From a virus (lineage: Duplodnaviria > Caudoviricetes), in IMG/VR virus record IMGVR_UViG_3300021086_000012, positions 1 to 37,837 of that record: 37,837 nt of DNA. The stretch is one strand, 5' to 3'. Positions 7,370 to 16,375 of this stretch are shown in pieces (the stretch's first letter is position 1; every line of letters starts with the position of its first letter). A program made the position numbers and the translations under genes. The notes under the pieces are model-generated. The model was given only the letters and a program-made list of their open reading frames with translations, was not told where the DNA came from and did not search any database.

Positions 7370-7482
7370 GGTTCGAATGGGACCCGCGATGCTGGCGGCA
7401 TTGGGGTGTGCTCCGCACGCAGTCCGTGCTGTACATCGACATGGGCCCGCTCACAGCCGTCATCCGGCGGCGAAAGCGATGA
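7366..7482 (+). CDS. 38-aa basic micro-protein (MRFEWDPRCWRHWG...IRRRKR)
   Basis: GGAGG RBS, GTGA start overlap, ATGA overlap with helicase start. Confidence 0.6.
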   Translation: MRFEWDPRCWRHWGVLRTQSVLYIDMGPLTAVIRRRKR

Positions 7483-9290
7483 ACATCCTGCACGGCGAGA
7501 TCGCCGACGACGACCGGACCGTCGTGCTGTTCGCCACCGGCCCGCAGGTGGAGCAGATCGCGCAAAGCCTGGCGCTGCTCACCCCCGCGCTCCGCTCGGC
7601 CGGCAACCCGGACGCCAATCCGCTCGGGGCGTTGAAGGTGCCGCTCTCCTGGGCGCTGTGCGTCCAGCTGGCGGCCCAGTACCCGAACGTGTGGCATCCG
7701 GGCCCCCGGCTCCAGGCGTGGCTTCTCAGGCAGGTCCAGGCCCGGCTGCGCACGCCCTGGACCGACCGCGAGATCGAGGCGGTCCGGGCGCACATGCCGG
7801 CCGACGCGCCCGAGCCCTACGCCTACCAGTGGGACGGCGCGTGGATGCTGGCGGGCACCGGGCGCGGCTTCCTGTTCGACGACCCCGGCACCGGCAAGAC
7901 GCTGACGGCGCTGCTCGCGGTGCTGTGGATGCGGGCGCTCGGCGCGCTGCCGCTGGCGGGGCCGGTGCTGATCGTGGCGCCCAACTCGGTCCAGGACTCA
8001 TGGGTGCGGGCCGTGCACACCTGGACCAACCTGCGGGCGATCGCCTGGCGGGGCACGCCCAAGCAGCGCGCCCGGCTGCTCGGCACCGCGGACGTCTACG
8101 TGACCGCGTACAGCATGACCTACCGCGACGCCGCGGCCCCGCACCGCTACTCCAACGGCGGGTCAACGCCGGGCGGCGCGCTGTGGAACATGCAGCCTTC
8201 CTGCGTGATCGTGGACGAGTGCCATGCGATCAAGAACAAGGACACCGCCCAGAGCCTCGCGGTGCGGCGCATCGGCGCGCACGCCCCGTCCGCGTTCCTG
8301 CTGTCCGGCACGCCCATCACCCACACCGTTCGGGACCTGTGGCCCGCGCTGGCCACCGTGGAGCCGGCGGCGTTCCCGAGCGGGGAGCGATACACCGAGC
8401 GCTATGTGGCCACCGCCCGTGGGGACTACGAAGACGTGGTGCTCGGGCTGAACGAGTTTCGCGAGCCCGAGTTCCGGCAGGTGCTGGCGGGGCAGTACCG
8501 CCGGCTGGCCAAGGCGGACGTGCTGAGCCAGCTCCCGCCCAAGGTGTACTCGGTGCGAGAGGTCGAGCTGCCGGCCGAGTGGCGCAAGGCGTATGACCAG
8601 ATGGAAACCGACATGCTGGCCCAGCTGCCCGACAGCGGTGAGGAGCTGTCAGTGATGGGCGCGTTGACACAGCTGCTGCGGCTGTGCCAGCTGGCCGGGG
8701 CCGCCGCCGACACCTGGACTGAGTACGAGCTGCGGGACAACCCAGACACCGGGCTCCCGGAGGAAGTGGCGGTGGTCAAGGTCAAGCTGCGGGCGCCGAG
8801 CTGGAAGGCCGATGAACTGGTGGCCATCCTGGATGAGCGGCCGGGACAGCAGGTGGCGGTGTTCGCGCCGAGCCGGCAGCTCATCGACGTGGCTCACGAG
8901 CTGGTCGGCAAGGCAGGCTACCGGTGCGCCACGGTGGTCGGCGGCCAGTCGGCGGCCGAGCGCACCGCCGAGGTGGACGCGTTCCAGGCCGGTGAGCGGG
9001 ACGTGGTGCTGCTGACCACGCAGGCTGGCGGGGTGGGGCTCACGCTCACCAGGGCCAGCGTGGTGGTGTTCCTCCAACGGCCCTGGTCCTACGTGGAGGC
9101 CAGCCAGGCCGAGGACCGCTGCCACCGCATCGGGTCGGAGATCCATGAGTCGATCGAGGTCATCGACATCGTGGCCAAGGACACCGTGGACAGCCGAGTC
9201 CGCTCAGTGCTGCGCGAGAAGGCGGGCGCGCTGGCCGAGCTGCTGGAGGACCCGCGGATCATGACCGAGGTTTTGGGGGGTGCTAAATGA
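7479..9290 (+). CDS. SNF2-family (SF2) DNA helicase
   Basis: DDPGTGKT, IVDECH, LLSGTP, AGGVGLTLT, QAEDRCHRIG motifs. Confidence 0.95.
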   Translation: MNILHGEIADDDRTVVLFATGPQVEQIAQSLALLTPALRSAGNPDANPLGALKVPLSWALCVQLAAQYPNVWHPGPRLQAWLLRQVQARLRTPWTDREIEAVRAHMPADAPEPYAYQWDGAWMLAGTGRGFLFDDPGTGKTLTALLAVLWMRALGALPLAGPVLIVAPNSVQDSWVRAVHTWTNLRAIAWRGTPKQRARLLGTADVYVTAYSMTYRDAAAPHRYSNGGSTPGGALWNMQPSCVIVDECHAIKNKDTAQSLAVRRIGAHAPSAFLLSGTPITHTVRDLWPALATVEPAAFPSGERYTERYVATARGDYEDVVLGLNEFREPEFRQVLAGQYRRLAKADVLSQLPPKVYSVREVELPAEWRKAYDQMETDMLAQLPDSGEELSVMGALTQLLRLCQLAGAAADTWTEYELRDNPDTGLPEEVAVVKVKLRAPSWKADELVAILDERPGQQVAVFAPSRQLIDVAHELVGKAGYRCATVVGGQSAAERTAEVDAFQAGERDVVLLTTQAGGVGLTLTRASVVVFLQRPWSYVEASQAEDRCHRIGSEIHESIEVIDIVAKDTVDSRVRSVLREKAGALAELLEDPRIMTEVLGGAK

Positions 9291-9847
9291 TCATCATCGG
9301 AGTGGACCCCGGCAGCACCACCGGGCTGGCCGTGCTGGCGCTGGTTGACAACCGGTACCAGTGTCTGCATGTGGAGCAGATCGCGGCCGGTGTCTTTCCC
9401 GATCGGCTTGGCGTGGTGGTCACCGACTTGTTGGCCACAGGGCAACTCGACGCTGAAACGCAGCCCGCGCTGTTCGGCGGCGGCACCGTCGTGACAGGCG
9501 TGGCGGATAGCGCGTTGCTGATCGCCACCGAAGCGTTCGTGGTGCGTGGACGTGCTGCTCGCAGCCGGACGCATCAGGGCGGTGAGCACGCTCGGCGGAT
9601 CAACGGCTGGCTGGAATCCGTCGTGAAGTCGAACGGGGGATGCCGCATCTCCACCCGCTCCGCGTCGCAGGTCAAGAAGTGGGCCACCGACCGGCGGCTG
9701 GCCGCGGCTGGCATCCTGGAGCAGACCCGCGGGATGGGCCATGCTCGCGACGCCCAGCGGCACGCCCTGTTCGCCGCGCGGATGGATCTTCAGTGGCCCG
9801 ATCCATTGTCGGTAAGTTACCCCAAGCAGAGCGTTACTCAGAAGTAG
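9287..9847 (+). CDS. RuvC-like Holliday junction resolvase
   Basis: N-terminal IIGVDPGSTTGLA, central E, C-terminal HARDA.RH (RNase H fold acidic residues). Confidence 0.8.
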   Translation: MIIIGVDPGSTTGLAVLALVDNRYQCLHVEQIAAGVFPDRLGVVVTDLLATGQLDAETQPALFGGGTVVTGVADSALLIATEAFVVRGRAARSRTHQGGEHARRINGWLESVVKSNGGCRISTRSASQVKKWATDRRLAAAGILEQTRGMGHARDAQRHALFAARMDLQWPDPLSVSYPKQSVTQK

Positions 9848-9888
9848 GGCCCGACCTGGGTCCGGATAAGTCACCTGGAGAGTGGATC

Positions 9889-10299
9889 ATGAGAACACAC
9901 ACCAGCGATATCCAACGCAGCCGCAGAACCGCGCGGATGGCGGACCGACCCGAGCAGTCCCCGGCCGTGGAGACCAGCTGGCAGCCGCCGGACTGGACGA
10001 ACGACGCCGAGTGCCTGGAGCTGGACCACGATCCGGAGTGGTGGTTCCAGCCCGCCAACACCGCGGACGCCAAGAAGGCCAAGCGGCTCTGTTCGCTGTG
10101 CCCCGTGATGGCGCTGTGCCGCGCGTACGCGCTGGACAACCGCATCTCCGACGGCACCTGGGGCGGGCTGTCCGAGTCGGAGATCCGCAGCCAGCTGCGG
10201 GAGCGGGACATCGTGGCCAAAGCGGAGGGGATCCTGGTCAAGCGCGGGTACAACATCGATGTGGGCAAGGTGACCCGACGAAAGCCGGTGGCGATATGA
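9889..10299 (+). CDS. whiB: WhiB-family transcription factor
   Basis: W...A.C...DPEWWF...AKRLCSLCPV...C..YAL...GTWGG; TCACCTGGAGAG RBS; alternative ATG further downstream. Confidence 0.93.
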   Translation: MRTHTSDIQRSRRTARMADRPEQSPAVETSWQPPDWTNDAECLELDHDPEWWFQPANTADAKKAKRLCSLCPVMALCRAYALDNRISDGTWGGLSESEIRSQLRERDIVAKAEGILVKRGYNIDVGKVTRRKPVAI

Positions 10300-10499
10300 G
10301 ATGCCAGCACTGTTACTCGGACATCCGGGAGGCGCGCATCACCGAATACGCCGCCGCCGATCTGGTAGAGGGTAAGCCGATGCCGTCGGTGTGGATGTCC
10401 GAGCACGGGTCGCCGTTCTGCCTGCGAGCGCTGTGCGAGTCCGAAAGCCACCCGGACACCTGGCATGAGGTCAAGCACGAGCCGATGCCCGCGGTGTGA
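10296..10499 (+). CDS. Small Cys/His protein
   Basis: ATGA overlap; MRCQHC...FCLRALC...H. Confidence 0.65.
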   Translation: MRCQHCYSDIREARITEYAAADLVEGKPMPSVWMSEHGSPFCLRALCESESHPDTWHEVKHEPMPAV

Positions 10500-10536
10500 C
10501 AGAGCCCCGGTCGCCCACAGAGCGGCGGGGGCTCTG
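10500..10536. terminator. Bidirectional hairpin terminator between convergent blocks
   Basis: CAGAGCCCC...GGGGCTCTG between two convergent stop codons. Confidence 0.8.
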
Positions 10537-10538
10537 CA

Positions 10539-11795
10539 TCACCCGATCATCACCGGCAGAACGAAGCTGCCGCCGCTGGACAGGTCGGTCAGCGGGTTGA
10601 ACGACGCGGGCCAGGCGGTGTAGCCGCCGCCCTTGTACCGCCCGTAGAAGTCGCCGAAGACCGCGGTGGACGCCAGATTCACGAACCCGAACTCGGGCGC
10701 CGCGCTGTAGCCGCGGCACGACACCGCCACCCAGAACGCGGTGTCCACCGACGGCGTGGTGATGCCGGTGATCGGTTTGGTCACCTTGCCGGTCGTCTCC
10801 CACATGGCGTCGTCCGAGGCGCTCTGCCACAGCAGGTTCGCCGCCGCGGCGTCCCAGATGGCGAACCCGTTCAGACCGGTCGTGCTGTGGGTGGCCGCCG
10901 CCGAGGACCGCACCGCGATCGCGCTGGCCAACGGTGAGCCGGCCCGCACGATGACCTTGCCGAACCACGCCTCATTGTTGATCGTGCTCTTGGCGTTGAC
11001 CGAGAAGAACGGCAGGTTGGCCGAGTGAGCGCCCAACGGCGCGAGATAGCGGTCCGACTGGGCAGGCGCGCTCTGGAGCGCGGTGTCGGCCAACCCCAGC
11101 GACGTCTGCACCGCGGCCGCCAGATCGGCCTTGGGGACGCCGGGGCCCGGCTTCTGGTACGCCGTGTTGGCCAGGCCCAGTGAGCTCTGCGCGCCCGAGG
11201 TGAGATCGGTGGACGGGATGCCCGAGCCGGGCTTGACGTAGGCAGCGGCCGCCACACCGGCAGCGCTGGTCGCCGTGGACTGCGCCGCGGTCGCCGCGCC
11301 GCCGGCGGCGGTAGCGGTCGACTGCGCTGTGCTGATCGCGGACTGCACGCTGGCCGCCACGATCACAGTCTTGGACGTGCTGGTCCCGCCCACGGTGATC
11401 GAGGCGTCTGGAGAGTTGATGCCGACGATGCCCCCGCCGGGCACGCCTACCGGTGGCGGGATCAGCACCGGCACGAGATCAGACAGGTGCACATCGTCCG
11501 GGCTGCTCGGCAGCAACGCGAAGAACTCGGACGTCATCACGTCGGTGTCAATCTCGATCGTGTAAGCGAACCCCTGCGGGCTCACCCCGGCCGAGTCATT
11601 GGCGGGAGCCTCGAACACAGCGATACCATCGATCAGCGTCGCTGTGATCGGCCGGGTGTTGCCGAACAGGATGTGATCGGTGGCGTCCCGCAGGGCGTAG
11701 GGCAGCCGAAACCGCACCACGCCTTGGGCGCCGGCGCTGGTGACCGGGTCGCGCACCTCGGCGCGCACCGTCACCATGGTGACTGCGGTGGGCAT
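10539..11795 (-). CDS. Tail fibre / receptor-binding minor tail protein
   Basis: N-terminal attachment-like domain, A/T/S-rich linker, duplicated YxKPGxG(I/V)PxxDL...QxSLGLAxTA fibre repeat, beta-rich C-terminus; TGATG-coupled to holin. Confidence 0.7.
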   Translation of the reverse strand: MPTAVTMVTVRAEVRDPVTSAGAQGVVRFRLPYALRDATDHILFGNTRPITATLIDGIAVFEAPANDSAGVSPQGFAYTIEIDTDVMTSEFFALLPSSPDDVHLSDLVPVLIPPPVGVPGGGIVGINSPDASITVGGTSTSKTVIVAASVQSAISTAQSTATAAGGAATAAQSTATSAAGVAAAAYVKPGSGIPSTDLTSGAQSSLGLANTAYQKPGPGVPKADLAAAVQTSLGLADTALQSAPAQSDRYLAPLGAHSANLPFFSVNAKSTINNEAWFGKVIVRAGSPLASAIAVRSSAAATHSTTGLNGFAIWDAAAANLLWQSASDDAMWETTGKVTKPITGITTPSVDTAFWVAVSCRGYSAAPEFGFVNLASTAVFGDFYGRYKGGGYTAWPASFNPLTDLSSGGSFVLPVMIG

Positions 11796-12085
11796 CAGAC
11801 CTTCTGATCGAACTGCTTGGCCGCCTCGGCGCTCACGGCCGTGACCACGGTGGCCGCCTGGCTCACCACGGCGGTGCCCTGCGCCAGCGCCTTGGTGACA
11901 CCGGACTGGACACCGGCCACGTGCACCACCACACCGATAAGGCCAACAGCGATGCCCGCGAGCACGGCCACCCACTCGGGCAACCCGGGCAGCGCCACCG
12001 GCGCGTAGCTCACGGTGCCCAGCGCGAGCAGGATCTGAATCAACGTCGCGCCGATCCGGTTGACGAGGTCGCTCTTCATGATCAT
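11795..12085 (-). CDS. Holin (2 predicted TM segments)
   Basis: Small hydrophobic protein directly after the endolysin; DLVNRIGATLIQ start. Confidence 0.75.
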   Translation of the reverse strand: MIMKSDLVNRIGATLIQILLALGTVSYAPVALPGLPEWVAVLAGIAVGLIGVVVHVAGVQSGVTKALAQGTAVVSQAATVVTAVSAEAAKQFDQKV

Positions 12086-12957
12086 GCTCCTGGGGGTGTG
12101 GCCGTGCCGGTGAAAGAACCGGACAGGCTGATGGACAGCGGCACGGGGCCGCCGCTGGCGACGGTCAGAGCGGCGATCTGGGCCTTCAACGCCGTGTTCT
12201 CGGCCGCGGTGTCGAACGCCGCGATGAGCGCCGAGCCGATGTTCACGTAGTCGCCCGGCTTGGCGGGGTCGCCCCCGGGCCGCAGGATGTTGTACCGCAG
12301 CAGCAAGCCCACATCGTCATTGGTCAGTGCCATGTCACTCTCCACGTTCTGTCCGAAGTTGGCCTGCTTGGCCTCATTGACGTCGCAGTCGACGCCGCCG
12401 ACCTTCACGGTTCCGAGGCGCTGGAGCAGGTGGATGGCGGTGTCGACCTGGCCGCCCGACCACGCCATCGTCTGCCAGGTCCACTGGGCCAGCCCGGCCG
12501 CGCGCACCCGGCCGACGGCGTAGAAGCTCCCGTAGACGCCGACGCGCTCCAGCGGCAGCACCGCGCGGATGCCGCCGAAGTAGTCGCCCACTGGGCCCAG
12601 CTTGGCTAGCGGGCTGGTGGCCGCCGGCGCGTAGTCGGGCAGGTCGAAGTCGATGGCGAAGTAGATCGGCCAGCCGTCCAGGCCGCAGGCGCGCGCCTGG
12701 GCCATCGCGGCCCCGGCGTCAGCGGCGCCGGCGGCGCGGCCCTGGGCGGCGCGGTCCGGCCCGGACAGCAGCTTGCGCTCCCAGACCAACGCCACGTCGA
12801 CGCCAGCCCCACGCAGGTCGGCCGCCTCGGCCGCGGTCAAGTTGGCCCGGCCGCCGCCCAGCCCGTTGTCCAGGTAGCGGACGACGAAGCTGTATCCCGC
12901 CGCGCGAATGGCCGCGCCGGACGGCCGGCCCGCGCTGTAGTCCAGTCCGAGCGTCAT
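12082..12957 (-). CDS. Endolysin, DUF1906/Rv2525c-like GH25-related glycoside hydrolase
   Basis: LGLDYS...GYSFVVRYL, VALVWE, PIYFAIDFD, GVYG, WQT.AWS.G, CDVN motifs. Confidence 0.88.
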   Translation of the reverse strand: MTLGLDYSAGRPSGAAIRAAGYSFVVRYLDNGLGGGRANLTAAEAADLRGAGVDVALVWERKLLSGPDRAAQGRAAGAADAGAAMAQARACGLDGWPIYFAIDFDLPDYAPAATSPLAKLGPVGDYFGGIRAVLPLERVGVYGSFYAVGRVRAAGLAQWTWQTMAWSGGQVDTAIHLLQRLGTVKVGGVDCDVNEAKQANFGQNVESDMALTNDDVGLLLRYNILRPGGDPAKPGDYVNIGSALIAAFDTAAENTALKAQIAALTVASGGPVPLSISLSGSFTGTATPPGA

Positions 12958-13271
12958 GGCCGCGCCTTCCAATAAAGCCGCCAGGGGAACCACAGCAGCG
13001 CGTCCGCGATGGCCTTGCCGACAATGCTGCTCGGGGACGAGAACACCATGGTGTGGCCGAGTAGCGCGTTGATCGCGCCGGGGATCAGCAACGCCAGCAG
13101 CATGGCAGGCAGGGACAACAGCAGCTGCCGGGCCGCCTGCTCGCTGGCACCGAAGTCCGGACGTCGGCCCTGCCACGGCCTCCAGACGTTGACCGTGTAG
13201 AGCACGAGGAACGTGGCCGACGCGCCGATGCCGACCAGCTGAAGGACCCAGGCCAGCACGAGCGGGATCAC
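12954..13271 (-). CDS. Membrane protein of lysis cassette
   Basis: About three hydrophobic segments; overlapping start/stop coupling. Confidence 0.7.
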   Translation of the reverse strand: MIPLVLAWVLQLVGIGASATFLVLYTVNVWRPWQGRRPDFGASEQAARQLLLSLPAMLLALLIPGAINALLGHTMVFSSPSSIVGKAIADALLWFPWRLYWKARP

Positions 13272-13507
13272 CGGTCACTCTCCACGATTCGGTGCGCGGC
13301 TGCCACGAGCGACTCCACCAGGCCGTTGCGCTCCCAGATGTCGTCGGTCGCGCGGATGACCGGCTCGGCTTGGGCCCGCCGGCCCCGCGCCGCCGCCAGC
13401 TTCATTCGTTGGACACGCAGCGCTTCCACCGCCTCGGGATCCGGGCCCGGGTCTGTCGGCGGCGGATCGTGCTTCCGGAGCGATCGGGGCCAGTGGATGC
13501 GCGTCAT
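13268..13507 (-). CDS. Hypothetical protein of lysis cassette
   Basis: Coupled at both ends; C-terminal ERNGLVESL. Confidence 0.7.
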   Translation of the reverse strand: MTRIHWPRSLRKHDPPPTDPGPDPEAVEALRVQRMKLAAARGRRAQAEPVIRATDDIWERNGLVESLVAAAHRIVESDR

Positions 13508-13851
13508 ACCGGGTCACGCCCTTCGTGGGTAGAGGGCAGCTGTTGGATGAGCTGGGTTGAGCGTACGGCCACCTCGGCCGCGGGGAGCAGTCTTCGCACG
13601 GTCTCTCTGTCCAGGTCCGCGCGCTCATCGGCCTTGTCGGCGATCGTCCGCCACAGATCCCGGTCCGCGCGGGCCCGCTCCAGCTCGGCGTCCAGGGACT
13701 CGCGCACCCGCTTGAGTTGACCTCGGGTCATCAGCCGGTCCGAGAGAATGAAGTATCCGACCAGCGCCACCACCAGCACCGCGAACAGCCAGCCACCGGT
13801 CACCTGGAAAGCGGCTGACCACGTGGTGGGGTCCACAGCGCTCGGGTCCAT
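13504..13851 (-). CDS. Single-TM + coiled-coil protein of lysis cassette
   Basis: GAGGAG RBS; TM GWLFAVLVVALVGYFIL then RL.TR...DRDLWR. Confidence 0.75.
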   Translation of the reverse strand: MDPSAVDPTTWSAAFQVTGGWLFAVLVVALVGYFILSDRLMTRGQLKRVRESLDAELERARADRDLWRTIADKADERADLDRETVRRLLPAAEVAVRSTQLIQQLPSTHEGRDPV

Positions 13852-13939
13852 CGTGCACACTCCTCACGTAGGAACGTGACGCGCGGCGGGCGCAGGGGTT
13901 GCGCCGCATTCGATTCCGCCACTGAGCGTAACGCACCCC

Positions 13940-13981
13940 TGCGACGTTTTGCGTGTTGTACGATGTTGCAATGGGTTGCAA
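13940..13981 (+). promoter_or_regulatory. Divergent control region; probable leaderless promoter with TGCA-N6-TGCA sites
   Basis: TACGAT (13959-13964) 6 nt before ATG 13971; TGCGACGTTTTGC plus GTTG(C/T)A x3 at 10-bp period. Confidence 0.6.
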
Positions 13982-14957
13982 ACGGACGATTCACGGCTGG
14001 TCGGCGGGCCCGGGCGGCAGTGAGTGGTACCGGCTCACCGCGCCGCTCTCGCAGCTCGCTGACCAGTACGGATGGCAGGCGTCGGTGAGCACCGTCTACC
14101 CGTCCACCCGCGTGCTGGACCCACCCGACATCGTCCTGGTCCAGCGGCCGATGAACGAGGTGACGGTGCGCACGGTGCGGCACTGGCACCGCAAGTCGCT
14201 GACCATGGTGGCCGTCGACCTGGACGACGATTTCTGGTCGATCCCGGAGGACAACCCGGCGCACCGACTGGCCACGCCCGAGCTGCTCGGCCGGTTGGAA
14301 CAGTGCCTGGCCATGGCCGACGTGGTGACCGTGAGCACGACCACGCTGGCCGAGCGGGTGTCCGAGCACACCAACTCCCCCATCCGCGTGGTCGGCAACT
14401 TCGTGCCCGAGGCGCTCATCAAGCGCCGGGCGCCGGGCGGCCGCAAGGTCACCGTGGGCTGGTCCGGATCGCCGACGCACCTCGGGGACTGGCAGGCCAA
14501 CGCCGCCGGCATCCGAGAAGCGCTGGAGTACTCCAACAAAATCGACTTCCATGTAGTGGGCGCTGACTACCGAACCGAACTGGGTTGGGACGGCCATCTC
14601 TGCTGCGGTCGCCACACCCCGTTCCAACGGGACATCGTCGACTACTACGACGCGCTGGACTTCCATGTGGCGTTGGCTCCGCTCGCGCCCACGGAGTTCA
14701 ACCGCTCCAAGTCGGACATCCGAATCCTGGAGTCGGCGGCCATTGGCGCGGTGCCGGTGATGTCTCATGTCGGGCCGTATGCCAAGATCTCGGGTCGCCA
14801 CACGGACAAGGACGGCTGGCGACAGCACGTGGCCGACCTGGTCAGCAACCCCGTCATGCTCCACCGAGAGCGAGTGATGTGGCGCGAGTGGGCTCGGTCA
14901 CGCACCATCGAAGAAAATGCCCACCGTTGGCACGACATCTACGAAAGCGTGATGTGA
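13971..14957 (+). CDS. Glycosyltransferase, GT-B fold (GT4-like)
   Basis: WYRL..P, DIVLVQR, VDLDDDFW, DVVTVST..LA, VGWSGS.TH, FNRSKSDIRILE motifs. Confidence 0.88.
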   Translation: MGCKRTIHGWSAGPGGSEWYRLTAPLSQLADQYGWQASVSTVYPSTRVLDPPDIVLVQRPMNEVTVRTVRHWHRKSLTMVAVDLDDDFWSIPEDNPAHRLATPELLGRLEQCLAMADVVTVSTTTLAERVSEHTNSPIRVVGNFVPEALIKRRAPGGRKVTVGWSGSPTHLGDWQANAAGIREALEYSNKIDFHVVGADYRTELGWDGHLCCGRHTPFQRDIVDYYDALDFHVALAPLAPTEFNRSKSDIRILESAAIGAVPVMSHVGPYAKISGRHTDKDGWRQHVADLVSNPVMLHRERVMWREWARSRTIEENAHRWHDIYESVM

Positions 14958-15082
14958 TGGCGCACATTCCGACCCCGCGCAAGGGGAACGAGCCACCAGT
15001 GTGCAAGACGTGCGGTGAGCCGCTCAGCAGTCATAAGTGCGCCAAGTGCGGCGGCTGCTGGGTTCTGTGCGGGTGCGCCTGA
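14957..15082 (+). CDS. 41-aa Cys-rich zinc-finger-like protein
   Basis: TGATG coupling at both ends; CKTC...HKCAKCGGCWVLCGC. Confidence 0.7.
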   Translation: MAHIPTPRKGNEPPVCKTCGEPLSSHKCAKCGGCWVLCGCA

Positions 15083-15621
15083 TGCCGTACTCGTCCACGG
15101 CCGGCAAGGCCGAGATCAGAGAATGGCTGCGTGAGCTGCGTCCGGCCACGGTCCTGGACATCGGCGCGGGCAGCGGCACCTACAGCCGCCTGTTCCGGCC
15201 GATTCTTCCCTGGGCCACCTGGGTGGCCATGGAGGTACACGAGCCGTACGTGGCGCAGTTTGACCTGAAAATGCACTACGAACAGGTCATCGTGAACGAC
15301 ATGCTGAAAGCGAACATCGGACCGGGCGCGTTCGACGTCGTGCTGCTCGGTGACGTGCTGGAGCACCTGACCGAGAAAGACGCCGCTGTCGCGTTGCGCC
15401 GCGCCTGGAGCTGGGCCGCCAAAGGCGTCATCGCGTCGGTGCCGCTCGGCTTCTGCCCGCAGGGCCCGAGTGAGGGCAATGAGCATGAAGCTCACGTGGC
15501 CCAGTGGGACCACCGGCACTTCTGCATGTTCGCCTACGACGCCATCAAACTACGGCATGACGACGCTGTGGTGCGCAAGGACAACGGCTACACGATCGGG
15601 GCATACTTGTGGAGAAAATGA
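15082..15621 (+). CDS. Class I SAM-dependent methyltransferase
   Basis: VLDIGAGSG motif I; FDVVLLGDVLEHL. Confidence 0.9.
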   Translation: MPYSSTAGKAEIREWLRELRPATVLDIGAGSGTYSRLFRPILPWATWVAMEVHEPYVAQFDLKMHYEQVIVNDMLKANIGPGAFDVVLLGDVLEHLTEKDAAVALRRAWSWAAKGVIASVPLGFCPQGPSEGNEHEAHVAQWDHRHFCMFAYDAIKLRHDDAVVRKDNGYTIGAYLWRK

Positions 15622-16235
15622 GGCCTGGCATCACGGTGGTGGTACCCACCATTCCGCCACGTATCACAAATCTCTACCAGCGCGCGTGTCAGAGCGTGTG
15701 GGACCAACGTTCCGATTTCGAGTTCGGCACGATCGCGTTGTTCACTGCGGTGGACCGGAGCCGTGAAGGGGCTGCCGCCACCCGCCAGCGTGCGCTGACA
15801 GAAGTGCGCACCGAGTGGGTGGCGTTTTTGGACGACGATGACGAGTTCATGCCCCATCACCTGCTCAGCCTGATCACGCACGCCAGCGCCACCGGCGCCG
15901 ATTTCGTCTATTCGTGGTTCACGATAAAAGACGCTGCCGGACGGGAGTGCCCGAGTTGGGACCCTTTTCCGAACACGTTCGGCAAGCCATGGGACCCTGA
16001 GCACCCGGTGCAGACCACTGTCACCACTCTAGTGCGCACCGAGCTGGCACAGTCGGTGGGGTTCGACACCGTTCCGGACGGCGAGACTGGCGCCGACGGC
16101 CACCGCGCCGGGGAGGACTGGCGATTCACCCTCGGCTGCCAAGCGGCCGGCGGTAAGATCAGCCACCTGCCTGAGCGCACCTGGTTCTGGCACCACCACG
16201 GCAACAACACGTCCGGCATGCCGGACCGCTGGTAG
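15618..16235 (+). CDS. Glycosyltransferase, GT-A fold (GT2-like)
   Basis: ITVVVPT, GAAATRQRAL, WVAFLDDDD (DxD), GEDW. Confidence 0.9.
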   Translation: MRPGITVVVPTIPPRITNLYQRACQSVWDQRSDFEFGTIALFTAVDRSREGAAATRQRALTEVRTEWVAFLDDDDEFMPHHLLSLITHASATGADFVYSWFTIKDAAGRECPSWDPFPNTFGKPWDPEHPVQTTVTTLVRTELAQSVGFDTVPDGETGADGHRAGEDWRFTLGCQAAGGKISHLPERTWFWHHHGNNTSGMPDRW

Positions 16236-16243
16236 GGAAGAAT

Positions 16244-16375
16244 ATGCCCAAGAACAAGACCCAGCACCCCGCGCCGGAACCCGTGTGCAGCGATGTCAGC
16301 CCATGGGGCGAGTCGTGCCAGCGGACGAGGGGCCACGACGGCAAGCACAACAGCTCGGGAAGGAGCTGGGACTGA
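16244..16375 (+). CDS. 43-aa protein with C2H2-W motif
   Basis: GGGAAG RBS; MPKNK...VCSDVSPWGESCQRTRGHDGKHNSSGRSWD; TGATG overlap; not in ORF track. Confidence 0.7.
   Translation: MPKNKTQHPAPEPVCSDVSPWGESCQRTRGHDGKHNSSGRSWD

Noticed and set aside
12077-12085. Holin dual-start motif (Met-Ile-Met-Lys)
   Set aside because: No charged residue between the two Met codons as in lambda S107/S105; not enough support
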